A stretch of 45,328 nt of DNA from Salinarchaeum sp. (GTDB taxonomy: Archaea > Halobacteriota > Halobacteria > Halobacteriales > QS-1-68-20): the NCBI GenBank assembly GCA_007122875.1, contig SKSS01000095.1:1-45328 (forward strand), written 5' to 3'. Within the stretch, counting starts at the first letter, position 1. Each line of letters starts with the position of its first letter. The notes below the pieces were generated by a model. The model did not search any database and was not told the DNA's origin. It was given only the letters and a program-made list of their open reading frames with translations. The translations under genes were made by a program, and so were the position numbers. Below are positions 36,796 through 44,516 of the stretch, piece after piece.

Positions 36796-38115
36796 ATGGG
36801 TTCGCTGATTGACCGACTCCGTCGTCGGATGGCTACCGAAGGGGTCACAAAGGGGTTGCTCGCACTCGCCCTCGCGGAGTGTATCGCCGCGTTCGGAGCC
36901 GGGATGATCGTCCCGCTGTTGGCACCGCTGCTTGCGGGTCTCGACGACCCCCACTTTCCCGAGACGCTACTCGGGCTTCCGGTGACGACCGAGCTGCAAG
37001 TCGGGATCCTCTTTGCGGTCTTCGGGCTCGTTCGGTCGACCTTCGAGATTCCGCTCGGCCGACTGTCCGACTACGTAGGGGTCAGAAAGCCGTTTCTGGA
37101 GGTCGGCATCTTCACGAGCGCCGTCGCGTTGTACCTCTACAGCACGGCGGGAACGGTCGCCGCGTTGATGACGATTCGGGCGTTTCACGGCTTCGCGCTC
37201 GCGATCTCGACGCCCGCGCTGTTCGCACTGATCGAGGGCATCACCGAACAGCGCAGCCGCGGCGGCAGCATGGGCTTTTTTTCGACGATCCAGACGCTCG
37301 GGTGGGGCGTGGGACCGATCGTCGGCGGGGTGATCGCCGACGTTCATGGGGTAGAGTTCACGTTCACCGTGGGGGCGGTCATCGTCGCACTCGCGGTTGT
37401 CGCCATCCACGTCGCAGTGCCCGAAGTTCGGAGTCGCGACGACCACGGTCGACGAGACGAGTCCGACGACGGATCGCTCGAGACCGCCCCCGACGGCGGC
37501 AGAAGCTTCCTCTGGGTGTTCTCGACCCGCGAGCAGGCGGCGAGTCTGCTCGGGCTTGCGGTCGCGATGATCACCCTCATGGCCGGATTTTCGGCGATGA
37601 TCGCGATGGAGAATCCCATTCTCGATCGGATCGGGGGGACGCTCGCCGGCTTCGGCGTGATCTTCGCCATCGCGACGATCACCCGACTGTTCGTCCAGTT
37701 TCCGATCGGGGCGGCCACCGATCGCCTCGGCAGGAAGCGCTTTATCATCGCCGGGTTGGTGATGAACGCGCCGCTGGTCGCGTTGATGGGGTACTCACAC
37801 ACCCTCTTCGAGTTCACCGCGCTCCGCGCGCTCCAGGGAATCGCGCTCGCTGCCGTGATCGCGCCGACGTACGCACTCGCTGCGGACGTGGTCGACGAAC
37901 GTCGATCCGGCGAACAGATGGCCGTCATCTCGACGGCGTTCAGCGTGGGGCTCGTGGTCGGCCCGATCCTCGCGGGCGCGGTCGCCTTTCTCGGGTTCGC
38001 GATTCCCTTTCTCGTCTCCGGGGTGCTCACGTTGCTGGGAGGGATTCTCGTCTGGCTGCTCGTCGACGAGCCGAATCCGAGCGGGCCGCGCGATGGCGGG
38101 TTGCTCGCGGACTGA
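36796..38115 (+). CDS. MFS transporter
   Basis: 439 aa, about 12 TM helices. MFS motif A GRLSDYVGVRKP, repeated in the second half (ATDRLGRKR). Confidence 0.8.
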   Translation: MGSLIDRLRRRMATEGVTKGLLALALAECIAAFGAGMIVPLLAPLLAGLDDPHFPETLLGLPVTTELQVGILFAVFGLVRSTFEIPLGRLSDYVGVRKPFLEVGIFTSAVALYLYSTAGTVAALMTIRAFHGFALAISTPALFALIEGITEQRSRGGSMGFFSTIQTLGWGVGPIVGGVIADVHGVEFTFTVGAVIVALAVVAIHVAVPEVRSRDDHGRRDESDDGSLETAPDGGRSFLWVFSTREQAASLLGLAVAMITLMAGFSAMIAMENPILDRIGGTLAGFGVIFAIATITRLFVQFPIGAATDRLGRKRFIIAGLVMNAPLVALMGYSHTLFEFTALRALQGIALAAVIAPTYALAADVVDERRSGEQMAVISTAFSVGLVVGPILAGAVAFLGFAIPFLVSGVLTLLGGILVWLLVDEPNPSGPRDGGLLAD

Positions 38116-38246
38116 GTGTAACTTCAACCGTGAACGTGCGGGTACATCAGTTTACTCTATACTCAGTATAGGTAAATAAATTACCAATTTGACATGTATC
38201 AAAAGCAGGTGGAGTCGCTGTCGGGATGGGTCGAGCACCAGCTAGC

Positions 38247-38651
38247 TCAGCCTTCGACGGCCATCCAAACGTCATCGGCGTCCTCGTACTTGTCTTCGAA
38301 CTCCTGAATGAGTTGCCCCATCTTTGCGTACCAGTCGTTCAACATGCGCTGCATTTCGTTTGTGATCTGACTCGGGTTAGTTGGGTAGTAGACATGATAG
38401 TAGCCGCCCTGTTCATAGTTGATTTGCTCTTTCTGGATAAATCCGCTCTGGAGCAGTCGCTGGATCGAGCGGTAAGCGGTCGAGCGTTCGCGGTCGACCC
38501 GATCGGCGACCTCGTCGATCGTGAGCGGTTCGTCGCTCTCGACCATCGCCCGGAAACACTCTTTGTCGAGTTGCTTGAGTCCATGGAGACACTCGAGCAG
38601 TCCCTCACATTCCATATCCTGCTGCAGTAGTTCTGCCATTGATTGCGCCAT
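38247..38651 (-). CDS. winged-HTH transcriptional regulator (TrmB/MarR-like) with Cys-rich N-terminus
   Basis: 134 aa from ATG 38651. HTH LTIDEVADRVDRERSTAYRSIQRLLQSGFI. N-terminal MECEGLLECLHGLKQLDKEC. Noticeably lower GC than the flanks. Confidence 0.7.
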   Translation of the reverse strand: MAQSMAELLQQDMECEGLLECLHGLKQLDKECFRAMVESDEPLTIDEVADRVDRERSTAYRSIQRLLQSGFIQKEQINYEQGGYYHVYYPTNPSQITNEMQRMLNDWYAKMGQLIQEFEDKYEDADDVWMAVEG

Positions 38652-38696
38652 TATTCTGTGTCGAGGTAGGGACCGTGACGGTATAAGGGTTGTGTG

Positions 38697-38709
38697 AATA
38701 TTGCGCAAG
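38697..38709 (-). promoter_or_regulatory. CTTGCGCAATATT motif upstream of the wHTH regulator gene
   Basis: Exact 13-mer on the minus strand, 45 nt before ATG 38651. The same 13-mer occurs at 40624-40636. Confidence 0.45.
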
Positions 38710-38775
38710 TGTGCTGAACGGCAGACGACCGTCGTCCAGGTCCCGATTCGCCGGGAAATCGGTACAGCACCCGTC

Positions 38776-39221
38776 TCAGCCGTGGGGATGGAACCGCTTG
38801 ACTGCACGCTCGACGGCGTCCACCTGGCCGATGAACGTGACGCGGTCACCCTCCCGGAGTCCGTGATCGCCCGTCGTGACTTCGGTCGCGCCGTCTTGGT
38901 GGGTGAGCAATCCAACGATGATTCGATCGGGAATTTCCGCGTCGGCGTTGTCGGGCTGGGTGACTCGCGAAGCGACGTTTTCGACATCGAAGATCGTCCT
39001 CGCGAGCTGACAAACCAGCAGGTTGCCGTCGTCGCGTCATCCGCGCACGCTTGCCTGAGAACGTCGGCGTCTGCGCTTCTCCCGAGGGGGTGAGACCGCG
39101 TTTTCGAGCTTTCTCGACCGCGTCGGGGCCCCGATCGACCAGCAGTACGTTCTCTCCGCCCTGTTCGAGCCGTTCCGCAAGTGAGAGGCCGGCTCGCCCG
39201 ACCGACGATGATGGAAGTTGC
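38776..39221 (-). pseudogene. TrkA-like (TrkA-N/TrkA-C) gene remnant with multiple frame disruptions
   Basis: Minus-strand pieces lie in three frames: SIIVG / GRAGLSLAERLEQGGENVLLVDRGPDAVEKARKRGL / ADADVLRQACADDATTA / DDGNLLVCQLARTIFDVENV..GDHGLREGDRVTFIGQVDAVERAVKRFHPHG*. No start codon. Confidence 0.55.
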
Positions 39222-39244
39222 AAGGCAAAGATCAGGGAAAGAAC

Positions 39245-39549
39245 GCTGGTGATCCGGAGCCGATCCGCGAGGACGCGGGATGTGACGCCGAGTGCGAGCA
39301 CGAGCGCGACGATAGCGAATTTCGGCTGGCGGACCTGGCCGCCAAGTTCGAGGAGTGGAACATCAAGACGCGGACGGTCTTCGGCCAGGGCAACCCGGCC
39401 GACGAGACGCGGAGACTGAGTATAACCCGACGACGATCCTCGTCGGCTCGCGCGGTCACAGTCGGCTTCGGCGACTGGTGCTCGGAAGCGTCTCCGAGAA
39501 TCTTGTCGCTCGCGCGAACGGGAACGTGCTGCTCGTCCCGCCCAGGTAG
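39245..39549 (+). pseudogene. universal stress protein fragment (C-terminal part, frameshifted)
   Basis: ..RLADLAAKFEEWNIKTRTVFGQGNPADE in one frame, then AETEYNPTTILVGSRGHSRLRRLVLGSVSENLVARANGNVLLVPPR* in another (shift near 39408). N-terminal half is missing. The 5' limit is approximate. Confidence 0.5.
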
Positions 39550-39691
39550 GATGATCCGGTGGGCATCGTCCAGATCGAACGATTTTCCCCCGTGAGAACG
39601 ATCATTCTTGAAATTGGGAAATCCGAGCAAGACTTAAGCGACGTGGCTCCGAACTTCCGTCCGGGACGGACGAGGTCCCCACGATCCGACG

Positions 39692-40117
39692 ATGACACGA
39701 CCTGATACCGTGACAACGTACGAACTGATGGGAGAACGGCTCAGCCCGAAACGCACCCGAATCGACACCGGCGACGCCGAGTTCGTCGTCGGAAAGGACG
39801 TCAACCCCGTCGAGTACTTCCTGGGTGCGGTGCTCGGCTGTCTGAACTCGACGGCGACGATGGTGGCCCGAGATCTGGATCTCGAAATCGACGACATGGA
39901 GATGACCGTCCGGGGAGACGTCGACTACGCCAGCTACCGCGGCGAACCGTCCGAGGCCCGGCCCGGCCTCACGGACCTCGACGTCACGATCACGGTCGAC
40001 GCAGATGCCGACGATAAAGAGCTCGAAACGTGGCTCGCGGCCGTCGAGGACCGCTGTCCGGTCACCGACAACGTCGCCCACGCGACGCCGCTCAACGTCT
40101 CCGTAGAATCGACCTGA
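39692..40117 (+). CDS. OsmC/Ohr family peroxiredoxin
   Basis: 141 aa. The two conserved Cys lie in AVLGCLNS and VEDRCPVTDN. Confidence 0.85.
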   Translation: MTRPDTVTTYELMGERLSPKRTRIDTGDAEFVVGKDVNPVEYFLGAVLGCLNSTATMVARDLDLEIDDMEMTVRGDVDYASYRGEPSEARPGLTDLDVTITVDADADDKELETWLAAVEDRCPVTDNVAHATPLNVSVEST

Positions 40118-40130
40118 CGACGGGCGTCCA

Positions 40131-40462
40131 CTACCCGATCGTCAGCACGCGATCGGACTCCGTCATGACTTCGAGGAGGCCCGACATCCTCAACATCGGA
40201 CAGTGGTCGCTCTCCTCGCTGTTGTGGAGTTTCAGGCACGTTCCACAGGCCTGCAGGTCGCCGTCGATGTCGATGAACGCCCCCATCCGGTCGCGGACAT
40301 CGAACTGATCGCCGGCAATCTCCTTCGCTTCGACCCCCACTCCGAGGAGGAAGCCGAGACGTCGTGACCCTCATCCATGGCTGTGATCCCGACCCGGAAC
40401 GCGTTCCACGCTCGTTCGGGATCCGCCGTCTCGAGGACGATTCCGATCCGTTCTACCGTCAC
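40131..40462 (-). pseudogene. DsrE/DsrF-like sulfur-relay protein, interrupted by a 1-nt frameshift
   Basis: GTG 40462: MTVERIGIVLETADPERAWNAFRVGITAMDEGHDV, then the frame changes near 40355. It continues as GFLLGVGVEAKEIAGDQFDV..LQACGTCLKLH..RVLTIG* (track ORFs 40232..40462 and 40131..40340). Confidence 0.6.
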
Positions 40463-40623
40463 GTCGCATTACGCGCCGTGATAGTGTGTAATAACGACAC
40501 AATCATGAGTGTTCTCCCTGACCATTTCTACGTCGAAATTATTGCTGACCGAACTTAGTAGGCATCCAATCCGAAATTCCCAGGTCGGATCAGTTGTCGG
40601 CTCCTGCCATCAATAATCATAAT

Positions 40624-40636
40624 CTTGCGCAATATT
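40624..40636 (+). promoter_or_regulatory. CTTGCGCAATATT motif overlapping the thioredoxin promoter
   Basis: Exact 13-mer. Its 3' end runs into the TATA-like tattaaaata (40633-40642), 22 nt before GTG 40665, which looks like a leaderless arrangement. Confidence 0.45.
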
Positions 40637-40664
40637 AAAATACCTACGGGGCCTCAGTCCAGTA

Positions 40665-41036
40665 GTGACTGACACGGCACACCCGGAGACGCCCGCCGAC
40701 TCGAACGCGCCGCGAACGCCCGTTCAGGTGGACAGCACTACTGATTATGACGAGTTGATCGAGGCCCACGACCTCGTGTTACTCGAGTTCGTCACGTCCG
40801 GTTGCGGGATCTGTGCATCGATGGAACCGGTGCTCGGCACGGTCGCGCGCAGCGCACCCGGCGTGGTAGCGACCGTCAACGCCGGCCTCGTCCCGGATCT
40901 CGCCGGTGAGTTCGGTGTTCGACGCGTCCCGACGCTCGTCGTCCTGAAAGACGGGATCGAGGTCGAGCGACTGGACGACGGCTTCCAGGACGCCGCGACA
41001 CTCGTGGAGGCGCTCGAGACGCACGCCGATCGGTAA
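40665..41036 (+). CDS. thioredoxin-fold protein with CGIC active site
   Basis: 123 aa, GTG start. ..LLEFVTSGCGICASMEPVL.., RRVPTLVVLKDG (cis-Pro loop). Confidence 0.8.
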   Translation: MTDTAHPETPADSNAPRTPVQVDSTTDYDELIEAHDLVLLEFVTSGCGICASMEPVLGTVARSAPGVVATVNAGLVPDLAGEFGVRRVPTLVVLKDGIEVERLDDGFQDAATLVEALETHADR

Positions 41037-41410
41037 CGCGGCCAGACCCTCCTGCCGGCGGAGTTGGACCGGCTACTCGTCAACAGCGCTTTTCGACGCG
41101 AACGGTATCCCATTCCGGCGAGCGGTGATGCGGGGACTGGCTGGCGGCTGACAGCGCCAGCGATCGACCGTGGATCAGCGGTTCCGATTCGACGATGCGG
41201 ATCGTGTCCGATTCGACGGCGGCGCTAGTGATGGGGTCACTCCGCCCGCGAACCCATGTCATTTCCCAAACCACACAAGATAGTTCGCAAAGCGAATCCG
41301 ATCGTAACCCAATAAACGCGCCGATGAACGGGTTTCGGTGGGCAGACACAGCTTCGAAACCCCCTAATATTCCCACACGGTGCAATAATCGATATCCCTT
41401 TAGGGGAGTG

Positions 41411-41420
41411 GCAATATTGC
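41411..41420. promoter_or_regulatory. perfect 10-bp palindrome GCAATATTGC upstream of the TusA-like gene
   Basis: Shares the GCAATATT core with the two 13-mers. Lies 33 nt before ATG 41454. Confidence 0.35.
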
Positions 41421-41453
41421 GTCATAATCCCAATATAGTACAGGAAGTCGACC

Positions 41454-41698
41454 ATGAGTTCGGAATACGACACCACGAATGCGCTCGACTGAAGGGACAG
41501 TCCTGCCCGATGCCGATCATCAAGACCAAGCAGGCGATCGACGACCTCGACGGCGGGGACATACTGGAAGTCGTAGCGACCGATTCAGGCAGCATGAGCG
41601 ACATTCAAGGCTGGGCGGATGGCACCGACGGAGTCGAACTCCTCGACCAGGTCGAGGATGGCGACCGTTACACCCATTACGTCAAGAAAGCAGAATAG
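41454..41698 (+). pseudogene. TusA-like sulfurtransferase, interrupted by a 1-nt frameshift
   Basis: ATG 41454 gives MSSEYDTTNALD then TGA at 41490. The -1 frame continues LKGQSCPMPIIKTKQAIDDLDGGDILEVVATDSGSMSDIQGWA.. to TAG 41698. There is no usable start in the CPMP frame. Confidence 0.6.
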
Positions 41699-41699
41699 C

Positions 41700-42038
41700 A
41701 TGAGCACGGAAAACCAAACGATATCGGCCGACAACGCCGTGATCGATGCCGCGGAGTTGCAAGCGCTGCGCGAGCGCGTTGACGAACTCGAGGCGTCGGT
41801 CGCCGATAGCGACTCTGGCCACGATCAGAAAACGATGACCATCGTCGCCACCCAGGGGAGTTTCGATATGGGGTATCCGCCGCTGATCCTCGGGAGCACG
41901 GCCGCCGCGTTCGGCTGGGACGTCGTCATTTTCCACACGTTCTGGGGACTCGGCATTCTTCACAAGGAGAAGTCGAAGAACCTCAAGTTGAGCGCCGTTG
42001 GGAACCCGAATATCTTTCATCTGCCGTTCGAGAATTAG
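41700..42038 (+). pseudogene. DsrE/DsrF/DrsH-like (DrsE_2) protein, 3'-truncated
   Basis: 112 aa from ATG 41700. ..KTMTIVATQGSFDMGYPPLILGSTAAAFGWDVVIFHTFWGLGIL..LSAVGNPN, then an unrelated FHLPFEN* as the sequence turns AT-rich at ~42013. The expected C-terminal half is absent. Confidence 0.55.
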
Positions 42039-42334
42039 AGAAGTTGGTGTCGAACGGTCGCAAAAGGCCGTTCACGACTGGATTCACGAGGACGATTTAC
42101 AGCGTGGTTCCCCGATTTTTGATTCGAACGCCACGGAAATCGAAACGCCATAGATCGTGTCGCTCGGGCGGTAAAACGACGTGCCTCCTTATTTAGTAAT
42201 AGTTTAGCCACGTCGATCCAGTAACCGCCGAAACGTGGTTGCAGGCCTTCGCCGTCTGGTGGAATTCGTGTGACTAAACAAGGTAGTGATAATTCACCAT
42301 AACATTTTTGTAATTCATACGTTATTATATAACG

Positions 42335-42781
42335 ATGGTAGATAGGCCTGGCGCGGAGAGTATCAGTGGTGCCGAGGTCGAAATCGACGGAACGCAGGTT
42401 GACGGGTGGACTGAAATAACGCTGCCGAGTCAGACGACGGAAGCAGGGGAGTACAGGGACGGTGATGACCCCGCCTACGAGAAGAAAATCTGGGGGCAGA
42501 CGACGCTCGGAACGCTCACGATGGAGCGCGAACTTCTGTCGTCGGACGAAACGGTGCTCTGGGAGTGGAGCCAGAAGATTCGGCAGGGTGACACCGATGG
42601 GGGTCGCAGAAGTCTCGAAATAACGTTCTTCGACGGGGAGGGCGGAGAGCACTCCCTCTGGACGTTCGAGGGCGCCTGGATTCAACACTACGAACCACCG
42701 GGGCTGGACACCTCGAACGACGAGACAGCAAAGGAGCGAATCGTCGTCGCGTTCGGCGCTATGAAACGCGAGGAGCTGTGA
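42335..42781 (+). CDS. T4 gp19-like contractile-tail tube protein family (phage tail protein)
   Basis: 148 aa. ..EVEIDGTQVDGWTEI.., EYRDG, TLTMEREL, LWEWSQKI, RRSLEITFFDGEG, WTFEGAWIQHYEPPGLDTSNDE..ERIVVAF matches the tail-tube (Afp1/gp19) pattern. Confidence 0.75.
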   Translation: MVDRPGAESISGAEVEIDGTQVDGWTEITLPSQTTEAGEYRDGDDPAYEKKIWGQTTLGTLTMERELLSSDETVLWEWSQKIRQGDTDGGRRSLEITFFDGEGGEHSLWTFEGAWIQHYEPPGLDTSNDETAKERIVVAFGAMKREEL

Positions 42782-42788
42782 TCCGAGG

Positions 42789-43607
42789 ATGACCGACACA
42801 GGTAACCACCCCGAGGATGACGAGGTGTCCACGGAACGACTGGCCGACATCGAGGACGCGCCCGGCCACGCGGAGGAGAGCGGCGAAAGTGCCGACGATA
42901 CGCTCACGACGTGTTCGACTAGATGCACTCCGACCCAACGACTGTCGAGACGATCCGTTCTACTGGGGGTCGGTGGAGTCGGACTCCTCGCCTCCGGGGT
43001 CGGACTCGGTAACGCACGCGAGGCCCGCGTTTCGTCCACTCCGTCGAGCGTCTTCGTTCAGTCAGCAGCGGCACTCTCGCAGTCCACGACCCTGCAGGAG
43101 TCTGCACACGCGTTCGGCAACGGGGCTAGAGCAGTTCACGAGGGCGCGTTTGTGATCGCCGACTCGTCGCCACAATCGTTCAGTTCCAAGCAACCAGACG
43201 AGGTTCGAACACAGATGCCGATCTATGCCCCGGCGTTTAACACGACCAGCGCCCGTGCCGCGAAAACTGATCTCGATCCGGTCGATCCCCGGACGATTCT
43301 CGAGGGCGTCGAAGACTTACCGATCCACACGTGGCGGTTCGCCGACAACTCCACGCACGGCGACGACGTTCGACACATCGGTCCGATGGCCGAGGACTTC
43401 CACGACGCGTTTGACCTCGACGGGCCCGACGACGCCATCGCTACCGTCGACGCCGATGGGGTCGCACTAGCAGCCATCAAGGGACTTCTCGATCGACTCG
43501 AATCCGATAACCGATATCTCGAGGAGGAACTAGACGAGCGACGAGAGCGACTCGTGGAACTTGAGTCCCAGCTTGCAGACATCGAAGCCGGGGTCGCTGA
43601 AGAATGA
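42789..43607 (+). CDS. exported tail-fibre-like protein with C-terminal peptidase S74 intramolecular chaperone domain
   Basis: 272 aa. Twin-arginine motif LSRRSVLLGVGGVGLLASG. S-x4-K dyad NTTS(154)ARAAK(159). ..LPIHTWRF..VRHIGPMAEDF..ATVDADGVALAAIKGL plus a coiled coil. Starts 7 nt after the tube gene stop. Confidence 0.7.
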   Translation: MTDTGNHPEDDEVSTERLADIEDAPGHAEESGESADDTLTTCSTRCTPTQRLSRRSVLLGVGGVGLLASGVGLGNAREARVSSTPSSVFVQSAAALSQSTTLQESAHAFGNGARAVHEGAFVIADSSPQSFSSKQPDEVRTQMPIYAPAFNTTSARAAKTDLDPVDPRTILEGVEDLPIHTWRFADNSTHGDDVRHIGPMAEDFHDAFDLDGPDDAIATVDADGVALAAIKGLLDRLESDNRYLEEELDERRERLVELESQLADIEAGVAEE

Positions 43608-43682
43608 GTCGCCAACCGGTCATCGCGCACGTGATTCCGTACTACAGCGGATGGGAACGTACGTACCCAAGGAGAGGTAATC

Positions 43683-44459
43683 ATGGTCGATGAGGCCGAA
43701 AGGGACGACAGGGAGCGATCACCGGAGGGTGTCGTCGAAGCAGACCCAGTAAATGCTGACGTGTCCCTCTCCCACCGTATCGGGGTTGGGGTGGCGTCGA
43801 TCGGAGCTGCGATGTCGCTTGCAGGCTGCAACGCTGAGGTCTCCTTGGACGACGAGGAAGAATCGTCGGAAGCCGACGACAGTGAGGAGTCCGATGCGGA
43901 CGACAGTGAGGAATCCGATGCGGACGACAGTGAGGAATCCGATGCGGACGGCCATACTCACTCGTACGGCCGAGGATCGAACGCAATCCACGAAGGTGTG
44001 TTTCTGATCGCCGACTCGTCGCCACAATCGTTCAGCTCCAAACGGCCAGACGAGGTTCGTACACAGATGCCGATCTATGCCCCGGCGTTTAACACGACCA
44101 GCGCCCGCGCCGCGAAAACTGGTCTCGACCCGGTCGACCCCCGGACGATTCTCGAGGGCGTCGAAGACTTACCGATCCACACGTGGCGGTTCGCCGACAA
44201 CTCCGTCCACGGTGACGGTGTTCGACACCTCGGGCCGATGGTCGAAGACTTCCACGACGCGTTCGATCTCGACGAGCCCGACGACGCCATCGCTACCGTC
44301 GACGCTGATGGGGTCGTATTCGCAGCCATTCAGGGGACTCTCAACCGGCTCAAGACGAGAAACAAGAATCTACGGGCAGAGCTGAAGACGTTGGACGTCC
44401 AAATTGACGAGGTGGAATCACGACTCGATCGTGTCGCGTCCGAACGTGACGAGCCTTGA
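43683..44459 (+). CDS. tail-fibre-like lipoprotein paralogue with S74 intramolecular chaperone domain
   Basis: 258 aa. Hydrophobic segment plus lipobox IGVGVASIGAAMSLAGC, 3 x DDSEESDA, the same FLIADSSPQSF..NTTS(140)ARAAK(145).. S74 block, coiled coil. GGAGAGG lies 6 nt before the ATG. Confidence 0.7.
   Translation: MVDEAERDDRERSPEGVVEADPVNADVSLSHRIGVGVASIGAAMSLAGCNAEVSLDDEEESSEADDSEESDADDSEESDADDSEESDADGHTHSYGRGSNAIHEGVFLIADSSPQSFSSKRPDEVRTQMPIYAPAFNTTSARAAKTGLDPVDPRTILEGVEDLPIHTWRFADNSVHGDGVRHLGPMVEDFHDAFDLDEPDDAIATVDADGVVFAAIQGTLNRLKTRNKNLRAELKTLDVQIDEVESRLDRVASERDEP
43875..43946 (+). repeat. 3 x 24-nt in-frame tandem repeat (gacgacagtgagga(g/a)tccgatgcg = DDSEESDA)
   Basis: Units at 43875-43898, 43899-43922 and 43923-43946. 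There is one substitution between unit 1 and units 2/3. Confidence 0.9.
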
Positions 44460-44510
44460 TACTGTTAGACGTTCCTTCCGAAAAGAGAGTTACGCAGCCC
44501 GACAACGGTC

Positions 44511-44516
44511 TTTTTT
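44511..44516 (+). terminator. oligo-T tract (T6) downstream of the tube/fibre genes
   Basis: tttttt begins 51 nt after the stop at 44459. Archaeal terminators are typically oligo-T runs. It may equally be part of the IS terminus. Confidence 0.35.

Noticed and set aside
41195-41698. 167-aa ORF as an intact TusA-like protein
   Set aside because: The 85-residue N-terminal extension crosses an AT-rich promoter-like region and has no similarity to TusA. The natural-looking start (ATG 41454, MSSEYDTTNALD) is in another frame, so the gene was called frameshifted.
42111-42137. tRNA-Gln T-arm-like fragment as an att site
   Set aside because: Only ~12 of 13 nt match, with a gap, and the flanks diverge. 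A 9-mer exact core could plausibly occur by chance in 45 kb. It is mentioned under the island finding but not annotated.
42035-43039. 334-aa minus-strand ORF
   Set aside because: It is antisense to the tube and first fibre genes and to the AT-rich spacer. The product is Ser/Arg/Pro-rich without motifs.
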